DNA of 64,000 bases from the NCBI RefSeq assembly GCF_002105155.1, contig NW_019028981.1, forward strand, positions 124,001 through 188,000. The letters run 5' to 3'. This stretch comes from Lobosporangium transversale. Lineage: Eukaryota. Below the pieces are notes generated by a model that was given only the letters and a program-made list of their open reading frames with translations, did no database searches and had not been told where the DNA came from. This document shows, in pieces, positions 8,762 to 21,947 of this stretch. Each line of letters opens with the position of its first letter. Position 1 is the stretch's first letter. A program made the position numbers and the translations under genes.

Positions 8762-10941
8762 TCACATTACTTCAATTACACCGTCATAAAAGCTGTTGCC
8801 ACCACGCGATGTAAAGGTGGGTGACTTCGGCGAGATAGGTGACTTTGGCGTAGCAGGGAAATTAAAAGATTTAGGAGATATAAGAGAGACAGGCGAAAGT
8901 GGAGTATGTTGATAGGCTTGTGCTTCATGGATTTCCATTGGGCGGATGTAACCAATCTGTATCAGGCTGCGATCACTCTCCTCACTCGGGTTTCTTTGAG
9001 CTAACGCAGATGCTGCACGAGTATTGTTAGTCATTCCCGCTTTGTCATCATTATACATCGAGGTTTGATGAGCGTAGTGTGGATGGTATTGCTGCTGCTG
9101 ATGGCGATAATTGCCAGACGAGAGTGTGGCATGATTGTTGTCGGAATGGTTAGGGGAAGTTTCATGAGTCAGAGAGGGGTATTCGCGCGAAGGTCTATAG
9201 TCTGTATAGTCGGCAGAGTTGTTTGGCGTGTGTCTCGTATAGTTCTTGTTAGATTTGGGGACCAACGGACGCTGACTGCTTGAACGTTGAGGAATGTTGT
9301 CGGAGACTCGTTGGCTGCTCTTGACGCTGTGTTGACTATTCTGGCTAAAAGAGCGATTGGGTGTTTCATGGCCGCTATCCTGTTGTTGCTGTTGCTGCTG
9401 AAACTGCTGCTGCGCTTTTGCGAGACCATCCTGGTAATAGATCGTATTTGAAACGACCTCAGCTCTATCATTACTGACACTAAGGTTGTTGCTCATATTT
9501 CCATTTGCTGCCTTCTTGTTGGAAAGCTTCAAGGACGTGGAACAAGTCTTTGCAACAGCTGCTGCAGTAGGAGGAGTAGTGATGATTGGAACCATTGGTA
9601 CCAAGGTTGCTTGGCGGCTGTCATTGCTGAGAGTACGGTTGTGCTGATTCTTGCGTTGACTGTTGCCTACACTAATAACTTCGTTGTTCCAAACGGGATC
9701 ATTGTCCAGGTCATAATGCATAGGATGTAGTGGTTTGCGGTGGTAATCGTCATCCTGTGGCTTAACTGTGTTGAATCGAGGGAGATGTGTCTCCCCAGAT
9801 TGACGAGCGTTTCGACCTTGTGAATCCATGTTGGTGGAACCAAAGTGTGAGCCCGTGACAGTTTTCCGAGGATAAAAAATGAGAGTCAGTGTCACCCTAA
9901 TTGACGTCAAAAGCTTCAGCCATGTTAGCTTCGCCACATTTTTTTTTTTTTTATTTTTTTATGCGGTAGTAATCTATTTTCAGCATTGGGCGGTGCATGC
10001 ATAGAAAGTTGTCCTCGGGACTTACCAAATGATGAATTCGAAAAAGTTGAGATTCGTAATCAAAAAATCTGACCCAAATTTATGTTCTGCGATCAATGGT
10101 TTATTAAGCAAACCATCAACAGACATGATGCTGAGGGGGAATGCACATCCAAAAAAGCTGAACGTCAGCACCACATTCTATAATAATTAGACAATAGGTA
10201 ATGGTAATAGGTTCAGTAAATTAGTGCACAGGAAGGCGCGGGGAGGCAATATTTGATAATGACTGCAATAAAGAATAAAGCGGTAGAAAACACCTCTTCT
10301 CCATGAGTGTTTTTTGAGCGTTTATGCGTATTTTCATGTGTATGCATAGTGTCTTACCATGTCCTTGAAATATTCCAATTTCTGTAAGACATTCAGTGTA
10401 GTTTCGCTCGAGATAGTGCCTGCGTTCTTAATCAGAGCTACTAGTCTGAAATGAGTTCGGATACCCAGGATTCCAGTGATGAACATCAAGATGCTGAAAA
10501 TCATCTGAGGGATCACCTCGCGATAAACAAAGTCATTTCGGAAGAGGTACTGAACTGTAGGGAAGATTGCTACTACAATGCAGGAGGCAGCGATGTTGAC
10601 CTTGAATTCAAAACTAGTCATAAAGCATGATTTCGTGACCGACTTGGAAATGTAAGACCAGAACGCCTGAAGCAAGAAAAATACACAAGTCTCCAGAGCG
10701 AGGGCGCAAGCTAATGTATAGTAGAGAGGCTCAACATGTTCAATGTCCTGTCCACTCCAGGCTTGGGCGGGTTTGGATTGGATCTCCTGTGTGTGAGGAT
10801 TAATCCAAAAACCTTCAATGTATTTGAGACGTGCGCTTCCAAGGTCATATCTAATGAAATATTGGAGGCCGGAAATGTAGGTGCAGACGGAGGTGTTAGG
10901 GTTACGAAAGATATGACAGGTAAAGCTGGAGTGCTTGCTTT

Positions 10942-10979
<38 letters not shown>

Positions 10980-11802
10980 GCGGTAAATGTAAAGTGTATG
11001 GGTGATAGGGTAATCCAAAAACTCAGGAACAAAATTTGCATATGACACATATAAGGACAGGAACAGAAGCTTAAGTGAACCAATAAGAAAATGAAGGTCA
11101 AAGCATTTTAGCCCAAGATATTCACTATTGAATATTGGGAGCTATAGTGCATAAGCACCTATGATTTTAGCCTAGGACGCAAAGGTTCTTTTCGGTGGTT
11201 TTTGAATCATAATAAATTATTTGTACCATAAAAGAACATTAATGAGCGAGAAAAAAATATAAAACAATTGGGTCTTCGTGCTCTTCTTCCTTTGACTATC
11301 CTGCATTTGCCTTAATCAGACGTTACACACAACACGGAGGAAAAAGAGCAATCCACTCGTAAGCCTTGCTGCATGCTGTTGTCAGCATGTAGAATTCAAA
11401 TAGGGGAGAAGAAGAAAGATATTCATGAAGAGCAGGAGGAGGTGGATTGGCGGGTTGTGGAAAATGGAAATCGATTTATATTGAAATGTGAAGGTGTCTA
11501 GACTTTGCTGTTGCCACCAGTAAGATATTTGTTGGATATGCTTTTTCGTGTGATGTGCTGCGGTTGATATTCAAAAAGACAGTTGTAAGACAATAACAGG
11601 GAAGGTGCACTTACGCAAGTTGAAGTCCTAACGAGATCAAAACAAGTATTGTGACGATGCTGCGTAGTTCGAACCGTCCTAAGCGTCGTAAACTGAGGGC
11701 GCCAAAGCGGTCCCATCGAAAGACGTAAATGATGAACCAAATGTAGGTCCAGCCTGTGCTGACGCCACGCTGGAGGTACGAGAGATCAGACATGTGCGTC
11801 AT
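8762..11802 (-). CDS. Multi-pass (probably 7-TM) membrane protein, paralog 2; 4 exons
   Basis: Start MTHMSDLSYLQRGVSTGWTYIWF at 11802. Shares DRFGAL, RFELRSIVT, YISKSVTKS, SFEF, KLEYFKDM and TLxLIFYPR with paralog 1. Confidence 0.75.
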
Positions 11803-13974
11803 CTTGAATTTTTTTTTTTGTACTTTCAGATGGGTATATTGGACAAAAGAAAAAGTAAAAAAGGGGTGAGATAAGAAAAAAGAAAAAAAAATGTACAAAG
11901 TGGGTGTGGTCCTGAGAGGATAAGATCGTGATGGGTGGAAAGACAATATTGATGAAGGAAAGTTTAGATGTTCGAATAATTACAGAACAATGAAGTTCAC
12001 AACCACGGTGAGGATTAAAGAGGGGGTATAGAGGAAGTTAAAAGGAACTTAAAGATGTGAAGATGCAGAGAAGAATAATAAAGACATTGAGGGTAAAAAA
12101 AAAAAAAAAAAAAAAAGAAGGGTGTCAATGCTTTTTAAATTCAAATCTGGTGGCTGTAGTTGGTTCATTAGCTGGATGGACCAGATGAAGGGAAAATGCC
12201 TAGCCATTATTTTGTTCTTCCCGAAATCTTCTTGATCCAATCGATTTGTTTACTCTGGTGGTAAATAGCCAAAGCAAGGGGGGAGAATTTTCACTGCAAT
12301 TTTTTATTTTCTCCGCCTGCAGCAATGATGTCTTCTGTCTGCATTGGCCCGTTGCTTATGGAGTTTAGGTTTTGCATATTATCATATAAATTTTGGTTCG
12401 ATCATGTTTGTAAACAATATTTCTCAATTACCTATTCATGTGAACACAAAGTGATCGTGGAGAAGGAAAAAATAGAGTCTCACATAATGTCATGCTCATT
12501 CACCTCTTCTCAGACCAATATATTTATTATAAGATGCAAATAGGTCCGTTAGCTGTCAAGACATGTGAAGCACATACTCATAATCTATTTACCGTAGCTC
12601 TTGGACCTAGACTCTAGTAGGAACCGAGCAGGGAGTGTAAAGACTCGTAAAAGTCGGATTGTGCGATCTAATAAGGAAAACGATGCAGACCAGCAATTTA
12701 GCAAATAATAAATAATAAAAGGGGTACAGCAAAACTCATTTTCGATGCAGTTGCATTAGGCATGCACCAAGTAACTTTGTAAAAAGATGCAAAGAAGGAA
12801 AGAAACACGAATAAACAACAACAAAGCAATTATGAACGGTTGATTGAACGAAATCACGCTTTTTTGTGTCAAGTATCACCTCATTATATTATTATAATAA
12901 ATAATCCTGATGACTACGAGAGTAGAGATGACAATTATTTTTGTACTCCAGGCCTGAGACGCCAACATCCTAACGAGTTGGTGGTGACAATGTGGTCATG
13001 TTTACAGGTATTTATTGGCAAATTATAAAATATCAAAAAATTCAGCAATTGACTTTCTAATTAATGCTTTGATTGACGCCATGAAGTACAACCTTAATGA
13101 ACTAGAGATCACAGCAATAACATAATAACAGCAATAACAACAGTAATAGCAGTAATAACAAAACACAATTTTCTTTCACATCTAGTAGACATGACCATTC
13201 TTTCTAAACATTATCTCCTTTTTTTTCTTTTGGTTACGATATACAAAGTAGACTATCAAAAGTTCATATGGCCAAAGATGTAGAAATCTCGGTTTTGTAC
13301 CGCACGGATTATCACCATTCCATTGTTGTTAATCCACTGCGACATGATTTTTTTTTTTTTTTTTTTTTTTTTTACAGTCTATTCTTTACTGTCATGCAAA
13401 AGTCCTGGAATTAGCCTAGATAATTACGTTTCAACTCCTTCTGCTTCTTATTTGTGGACGCCTGGAGGCCATTGCATTTAATCTTTCTTCGCTGGTCGTT
13501 CCAAAAGCACTTTTAGTGTCAAAATCGCGCTATTCGCTGGCGTCAAAAATAAACAAGCTTAGTATTTCCCTCAAAGCAGAATATTTGCGGTATAGAATAA
13601 TGATGCTCTTTTTTTTCTTGCCAAAGTCCTTGACAGACGCTCAGACCCTGAAGGCCGAGAACTAAGGAGACTCAATCCGGTTATGTTATTCCCCTTCTTC
13701 GATCGCTTTTCTCACCCATGATCGGATAAAGAGTATCATAAGAATAACCGTGAATTTGCGTTGTTTTCCTTTAATTACGGGCCTTTGAGATTATCATACA
13801 AAAGTGTTTAATATTCGATAATAGAATTTAATGCTTCACGTACAAATGACAGTGCTAAACTATGAGTTTTTGCGATGATGGTGGCCACACCACTACAATG
13901 GTGAAATGGGTTGATTGAACTAATAAATGCAATACATGAACAAAAAGGCATATCGCCCTTTTCTTTTTTTGTTT

Positions 13975-16900
13975 TTACAGATCGTCCTCGCTATCCGAGA
14001 CTTCCTCTCCACGAGCCTTGGCAGCAGCACGACGCTTTTGCTTATCTTTGAGTTCCTTGCGCGACAGCTTGCGTGTTGACTTGACCTTCTCAACGTTTCC
14101 GAAAGCATCAATCTTGGTCTCTGCCTCCTTTTGGACAATCTTGCTCTCAACACGCTGAGTATAGTTGTTACCAGTCACTGTGAGCTCTCCAGCATTGATA
14201 CTCCATGTCTCGGTACAGATGGCTTCAGTGAAATCACGATGATGTGAAATGATAACAACTCCACCGCCAAACTCCCTTAATGCCTCTGTCAAAGCACCAA
14301 GCGAATCACGATCCAAGTAATTGGTAGGCTCATCCAGAACCAAAATGTGAGGGTTCAACCACATGGCAGCAGCAAGGACGACCTTGACTTTCTGTCCTCC
14401 CGAGAGGCCCTTGATGTGATTGTGGGTTGCAAATTCGGCGGGCAAACCTAAGTCTCCTAAATGCTTTTCAACCTCAACCGCTGTCAGTGAACGAGTCCAT
14501 GCTCCAGCGCGGGCGGCTTCTTTGTCATCAAATGATTGCAGAAGCTTCTCAAATCCCCACTCTTCAAGCTTTTCACGAGAAATCCAGGCGTTGTCATCAT
14601 AAGTGCGACCAACCCACTGAACTTCGTACTCGAATGAGCGCTTGGCCTTGCGACGTCCATAGAGATCATCGATCTGAAGTTTCTCCATCTTGCCATTGAT
14701 TTCCCACTGGATAACCTTTTTCATTTGAGCCTCTTCCTCGGGTGAAATCTGGCGGGAAGCCTTGGCGGCCAATTCTCTGTCCTCACCAAACTGGTAACGC
14801 CAGCGAATATACTCATTAGGAGTTTTTGTCAAATGCTGCTCAACATGGTGGAAAGCATGCTGAGCAACGTAGGCGACGCGTAAGTTAGGATGCTTGGTAA
14901 CCTCACCTACTTGTGGGATTGTTTCTCCAGTCAACACTTTAATCAAGGTCGATTTACCAGCACCGTTAGGGCCGACAACTGCAACACGAGAGTTGAGAGA
15001 GACCTGAGCAGACATATTCCTGATAGTTGGAGTTGTGTTTCCAGGGTACGTAAACGAAATGTTGATAAACTTGAGCAGAGCCTTATCCTTGGACTTGACA
15101 CCATCCAGGAAGCCGGGCTCAGGGAGCTTGAATGTAATCAAGGATGACTTGAGCTCGTAGTACGACTTGGCATCAGGGTATTGCTCAACAAATTTGGACA
15201 AGTTACCACGGTACTTCTTGAGCTTGCGGCTCTCATAATGAATGATGCCAGTGCAAACATTATCCAAGAAGCTTGAGTCGTGTGAAACAATCATTGACGT
15301 GACATTGGTCAGAGAAGTCAAGTAGCTCTCGAGCCAAGCAACGTTGTGTACGTCCAAGTGGTTGGTGGGCTCATCCAACAAGAGGATATCAGCATTCATC
15401 AACATGGCGCGCGCCAACTCAAGCTTCATCTTCCAGCCACCTGACAGAGATCCAACAGCCTGCTGCTGCATGGCGGGGGTGAAGCCGACACTAGATAGCC
15501 TGGAGACGACCTCCTCATGAGGAATGTCACTAAGCTTTGGATCAGCGAACATGAATTCGACTACGGGTAAATCAGCCTCTTCAGCTTGCAGGTTGTGTTC
15601 TACAAATACGGTGCGCAACTCGTCAGCAGGAGGGAAGCCCTCAAGCTGGCCATCAGCGATGGCGCGCATAAGTGTGGATTTGCCGACACCATTGGGGCCG
15701 CAGAGGCCGTAACGCTGTCCACGGCGAAGATTAAGACGAGTCTTGTTGAGTAGAATCATACCACCATAAGCGAGGGAGAACTCACAGTCACAAAGGAGTT
15801 CTCCCTCCTCAACATCAGCGACAGCGGCATTGCTAAGTGCGTTTTTAGCATCATAATCGACATAAAACTTGTGGACCGAAGTTGCGATACGCTTAGCCTC
15901 ATCCTTAGAGATAAAAGTCAAGAGATATGGGGTGATCGAGGCGTCCCAGGCATCAGATTCAAAGTCGCGACTGGTAATTAGTTCGGAGCAGAGGGTGGCG
16001 CTGTAGCTCAAACTAGTTTGAACAAAATCGTCAACTTTGATACTTGATCCAATTGTTTTCTTTAATGTCTCAAGCACTTCATTAGGCTTGATTTCGTAGG
16101 CGATGTTTAGTATACTCTCCTCCTGGGCTTTTTCACCTCCTCCAACACGGATCAAAGTTGCACGTGCGCGCTCAGCGACTGAACGAAGCTCAGGTGAGGC
16201 GCCAATTTCAATTAATCGATCTAAGCCGGGTAACAGCTTGGGCAGGAACTGGTGAGCGTGAGCAGGGTTTTCGACAAGTTTACACATATTGTCAATAATG
16301 ACAGCAGTCTGGCGCTGGATAGAGGGCGTACGCTCAGCCAAACCGCGAATTAGAAGAGGGGTCATGATGGCCAGTGTTGGTGCCTCGACTGTGGTGACAA
16401 AAGTGGTAGAAGCGAGCTGGTGGATACATTCTGGGACTTCCTCTGGGCGGTTGATGCATCCAACAAGATAAGGAATCGAGGATATCAAATCAGGGTTCCC
16501 AACAACTTCAAAGCATGCAGTTGTTGTCTTGGTGGCTTCAGCACGGACCTAGAGAAGAGAGAGACATGTTTCAATGAATAAGTATAATTATCTTTGTCTC
16601 TCATCTCTTGCACTCTTGCAGAGAAGAAACAAGGGGCAAAAAGCACGGACTTACCTCAGGGCGTGTTGACCACATGCTTGCACTCAACACAGGCACGATC
16701 TCAGAGAGACACTTGCTGATTTGCTGCGGGCATAGAAAAAAAAAAAAAAGAGATACGATTAGTGATGAACCTCATCATCCAGGGGAAGAATTGTATTTAT
16801 TGTACGTAATGTTGATTTCATGTGAAATGTGCCGATCAAATGTGCGCTCTTTTTTGCTGACAAAACATGAGGCATACCTTGGGAGAGGATTTGGAAAGCC

Positions 16901-17360
16901 CAGCAAGCAACTGAAGGCTTCCGACTTGCGATTGCCACCGTCCATTTTCAATCGAAGCGAACAGGACAGGGAGAAGAAGCTTGACGGCATAGCGAGAAGG
17001 TAAGGCCATAATTGCCTTGCTGGCCTCGTCTGCTGCATCACGCACAGAGGTGACTTTATCAGCATATCCATCCAATACCTTTGGGACTAGGGGAATCAGG
17101 TAGGGTTCACCAGCTTGACCGACTGTTTTGCTTACACTAGCAAGGATGTAATATGCTGCTTCCCGGAAAGGAGCCTGTTTCTTATTCTCGAGGAGTGTGG
17201 TGACAGTCTTAATAAGATTGCCATCATGGAAGGCCTTAATGATGCCTAGGTTCTTAACCTCTTCAGCAACTTTCTCGGCCTGTTCCTTTCTGGCCTCGGA
17301 CGTGGTTTGGTCCTGGGTAGCCTTGATAAGGTCGTTGAGAGTCTTGGTATCAGCGGACAT
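13975..17360 (-). CDS. TEF3: Translation elongation factor 3 (eEF3, fungal ABC-F type); 3 exons
   Basis: N-terminal HEAT region (FVTTVEAPTLAIMTPLL), FSLAYGGMILLN, two ABC cassettes (GPNGVGKST...LSGGWKMKLELARA; GPNGAGKST...LSGGQKVKVVLAA) with a chromodomain-like insert, and the basic/acidic tail KKRRAAAKARGEEVSDSEDDL-like. Confidence 0.95.
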
Positions 17361-19582
17361 AGTGCGTAGTTCTTTGCAGGTGTATGTGAAGAAAGTTGAG
17401 GGATAAACTGATGATCACTTCGTGACTTGATTTAATTTCTGTCTTGAACGGTGGAATGGGTGTGGTGCGTGCGTTACGTATGTGCAGGAAAGAGGAAGGT
17501 GAAGTGAGTATATAGAATGCAGTGGAGCGTAAGAAGTGAATGAATGTGAAGGATGATTCTAGGTGGGAATATATCAATACAAAAAGAGAATCGAAATAGA
17601 GTGAAGGGGGAAGTGGGCGTGAAGAGAAAGAAAGAAAGAGAAATGGGATGCTTTGCTTTTTATAACTTTGCCACCTATGACATGTAATAAAAGGAGCATG
17701 TATATATTTCTAATCGTTGTACAATGGAACCAGTGATGCCCAATGGAATGGTAGAGTTGTCTCCCGCCGAATGTCTCTCCATTATTTATTCAATCAAAAA
17801 ATAGTTTTCTTTGTTTCATTGAACATGTACGTCTGTGTCCATCTGTCTGTATCATCATCGTCATACTAGTGGTAGACTAAATAAAAGCCTTTTGATTAAA
17901 CACAGTCCTCCCCTTCCCCTGCTGCTTTTTTTGTGTCTCCTGATAATTTTTTATTGTTTTTAGAATGGACCAATTCTTTGTGTGCAACATCGGGTCCAGT
18001 GGTCCGTTGCCACTACGGCAGTTCATTCCCTTATTCCAGCTATCGGAAACTATTAACCGCAAATGAAATGCAACATGTTATTCCAGTTATATTCTAACTC
18101 TCCCGTTATCGCTATCTACCAGCATGTTTAACATGTTGTAAAAGGAGGAGGATTGACCAGGTGATAATGACAACATCTTGAGCCAGATTTATCTACAATC
18201 CATGTACGTAGGTCAATAAGCTGAGCTAATAGAGCTGTGTTATTTCTTTGTCCTATAGCAATAAGGCCGTTTGTTTTTCTGGACCATGTGTGCAAAAAAA
18301 AGACCATGGAACATACACTATTGCAGTATGGCCTCGATCTAACTCACAATGACATCGATAACGAACCGGATCCTTCTTGGTGTCACTTCATTTCCTCTCT
18401 TTTGTTTAGAATCCGAAATGTACTTTCTCGGTTTGTCTGTCTTAGTTCTGGTCTAGATTCAGAGCCAATTGAATGTGACTAATGATATCGGTGATGCACA
18501 AACCATACATACCATTGGGCCAAAGAAAGTTGGGCGGAACCAGTGAGCCAATGTGCTTTCCCAATTGAAGTATTATTTTGGAGAATTAAAAATCTTTTGA
18601 GTCCTAAAAATCATGGTGAAACAATATAAATTAGTCTTTACAGGTCCTATAAGCCCATTGAGGTCACTAGAAATTCGGTTGGGCTGGATGGACGTGTCCA
18701 TCAAAATGCGGTAAATTGTTCATCTTCCTCTCCTTAAATAAATACAGGTAGCCTCCTTTTCGCGGTATTGATTATTTACACAACTAGCACATGTTCTAGT
18801 AGGTGGTTTTATTCGCGTAATCGCTGTATAATTAAATAAAGTACAGCAGCTCCTTTGAGTACACGCTGCGTTTTTGCCGGAAAGATAAAAGAAAAAGGAG
18901 AATGAATTCACAACACAGTGAGTAACAGCAATGGTAGTTCACTCTTAAACGAGTATTTTGCTCATGTGCACCTTCCATCACAGCATGGCATGACATGGCC
19001 CATGCTTCCCTCTTCATATCGGAGTTCTTTCAATCATGTCATCATGATGGTCGGACTTTCAATGGTGCACAGGACAGAAGTATAGAAGAATAATAAAAAG
19101 CATTTCTAGGACTGTAGAGAATATGGCTTCAAGAAATCTCTCTACTGATACAAAGCTCAAAGACATATGCTTTAAATGAAGCAAGGGGCTCGGATGAGCG
19201 AGCCAGTGAAAGAGAGAAAGATGAGAAGGATCATGAAAGGTTCGAATTAGAGGAGTAGAATGAATGTTCAGATAATGTTCAGATTTCATTACCGTCGATC
19301 ATCCCCTGTGCATGCATGTGTTCCTGTCCTCTCTTTTCAGTGCTCGTTCTGATCTCCGCCATCACCCTGATTTTCTTTCTGGAGCTGAAAATAGAACGTT
19401 TCGACCTAGACACAGTCTGGAAGATGTGTTTCTGACAGACCCTGGCAGCGGTAACATAATTGTCTTATTATTTGCTTTATCCAATATATTCGAAATTTAA
19501 ATAGATAAAGTAAAAATCTTTTATTGAGTACAAATTCATATATTGATTACAAAAGCCTAGAGCCGAATTGATATCAATGGTT

Positions 19583-21163
19583 TCAAGCTGTGAGGGTCGC
19601 TACATTTCGTGCCTCCTCTTGTTCAATAACTTTCTCCTCACCAATCATGAGCATGAACCGCTCAAGTTCCTCCTTGGGCATTGGGTAGCAGTGTTCCTCA
19701 GAAGGGAAGGAGCCAGATTTAACATCTGCACTGAACTCACGAAGTGCTCCCACAATCTCGTCTGCAAGGTTACGATAGGTCTTGCAGAATCGAGGGACAC
19801 GACCATAGAGCCCTAGCATGTCTTGTTGGACGAGAACCTGACCAGAGCATCCAGCTCCAGCTCCAATACCAATAGTAGGAACATTCAAAATATTGGTAAT
19901 ATGTGTAGCCACAGGTGCAGGGACAGCCTCGAGAAGGACGGCATAGCAGCCAGCTTTTTGGAGAGCGAGGGCATCCTCAATCAAGGCTTTGGCTTTGGCA
20001 ACAGTTTTTCCTTGGACCTTGTATCCTCCCAAGCTGGCCTGACGCTGAGGAGTGAGGCCAATATGGCCAAGAACAGGGATGCCTACCTGAGTGAGACGTG
20101 CAATAGTAGGGGCCATTTCTTTACCACCCTCTAGCTTTACAGCCTCAACCTTGCCTTCTTTGACTATTCTGACAGCATTTGTAACGGCCAAATCAGGGTT
20201 GACCTCATAGGTACCAAAGGGCATATCGGCAACCAAAAAGCTGGAGCGTGTTCCTCGTGCGACAGCACGGCAATGGTGAAGCATCTCGTCCAACGTGATA
20301 TCGGAGGTGGAGGTATAGCCAAGTGCAACCATGGCCAGGGAGTCGCCGACAAGGGTCATGTCAATGCCAGCTTTGTCAACCAGAGTTCCTGTGGGAAAGT
20401 CATGGGCGGTCATGACAGTAATTGGTTCACGGCGCTTGTACAACTTGCGTAAAGTTGCAAGAGTAACTTTTGGACGGACTATTGATAAAGCATGGGACGG
20501 ATAGTAGCATTATTAGGGAAGGTGTAAATACAAAAGAAATGAAAGGGGTTTCATATAAGTCTTTGTACTACTACTACATGTGGAACTGGGTGCTCCGTGG
20601 GTATGGAATTGGTTGAAAGTGATTAGGCGTGGCTGGAACTTTAATTTATCCACAACACAAGAAAGGAACGAATTACAACAATTAAAAACCCGATCTCACA
20701 CTGCTAAATCACATCGTTTGTTGTTGACAAAGTGTGTGCTTTTTGCAGTAATTAAACTTGGTTCACCATCAATCAATGAGTGAATGAGGTACAAGGTAAC
20801 ACATGGAGTGACAATGCATCAACTAGTTGCAAAGATAAATTCTGACCTGCCACATGGGTAGAATGCTTGTGCACTTAAATGTTGTGCCTCAATTTTTTTT
20901 TTTAATCTCGCCCTGATTTTTGTTGGGCGAAAGGTGTCTGTATTTGGCATACCGTGAAGAACATCAGCCTCGGCTGGCCTTGTGCTGTAGCCGCGCATGT
21001 GAACACTTGTTCCTGCAGAAGACATCTGCTGCTGGCGGAGCAATCGAATGTTCTGGACCGCTCGAAGGGAAGTGCAGGCAAGAAGGCTTACAGAGGCAGA
21101 TCGTTGGAGACCACACATCGCCTTGTTTCGGACTTGAGCAGCAAATCTTGTAGACAACGACAT
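19583..21163 (-). CDS. ECM31: 3-methyl-2-oxobutanoate hydroxymethyltransferase (ketopantoate hydroxymethyltransferase, PanB family), probably mitochondrial; intron 20479-20952
   Basis: Motifs LVGDSLAMV, VADMPFGTYE, AVKLEGG, GHIGLTPQ and PTIGIGAGAGCSGQVLV. Exon 1 encodes an Arg-rich presequence and splices in frame to VRPKVTLATLRKLYK. Confidence 0.93.
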
Positions 21164-21947
21164 TCTGTATAGGATGTTTCTTTGTCTCGAAGCGAATAAA
21201 TAGACTGAGCTGTAGGAGTGGAGAGAAGGTGGGAAGTGTCGATGAGGTTTGCCTGAAGCTGAGTGATCGAATGAAAAAGAGAAGAGGGCAAGTGTCAGAC
21301 GTTGGACGCTATTTTATAGTGCCTCACTTTCGTTTGATGAGAGTGACAGGCATTACCTCAGGCCATGAGATGGTCCCTTCTCTTCAAGGCCGATGTCGCA
21401 GCACATTAGTGATGAGCCAGCGAAAACACAAACCGAGGGTGTTATTCATGATTCAGTGACACTCCACCTCTCTTGGCGATTCGAACCGTTGATTCGAACA
21501 TCGGCTGATATTTTTTACTTTGGACCATATTCGGCGTTTTGTCCAAAACAAGACAATGTCCGGATCACGTGGCTTAAAGATAATTCTGCTGCGGAGCAAT
21601 CATTTATTATATACAAATCTATATTACCACGAAATTTGTTTCATGAAGATGTTACAGAGATCATTGCGAGAAGGCGTCAGAGTGTGAATGCAAAACCACA
21701 TGGATTGTCGGTATTTGATAATTCTGTCATCATGCTTCTCAATGCAAAAGATCTCCGACACAAATATTCTGTTTGACTCTTCTCCATATTAATAAATCAA
21801 GGTACATGTCGGTGTTCAGATGGTCCAAGCACTGAAAGGGGAATAAATAAAGATTTGAGAATCTTTATTGAGGCCTTTGAATAAGCCAAAAAGACAAAAA
21901 TAATGGCTAGCGAATCGGAGAACCAGTAATTACGTAGATCTGTCAAC

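Noticed and set aside
12250..13900. Long intergenic region downstream of eEF3
   Set aside because: AT-rich with only short ORFs. I could not support any RNA gene or terminal repeats.
16770..16790. C-box-like ATGATGA in an eEF3 intron
   Set aside because: Too close to the branch point and 3' splice site, with no downstream D box or guide.
17600..19500. Intergenic region with short palindromes (GATGGACGTGTCCATC) and a purine-rich, coding-like patch near 19.1-19.4 kb
   Set aside because: Stops interrupt the frames, no homology was recognised and no TIR/TSD pair was found. It could be a decayed relic but this is unsupported.
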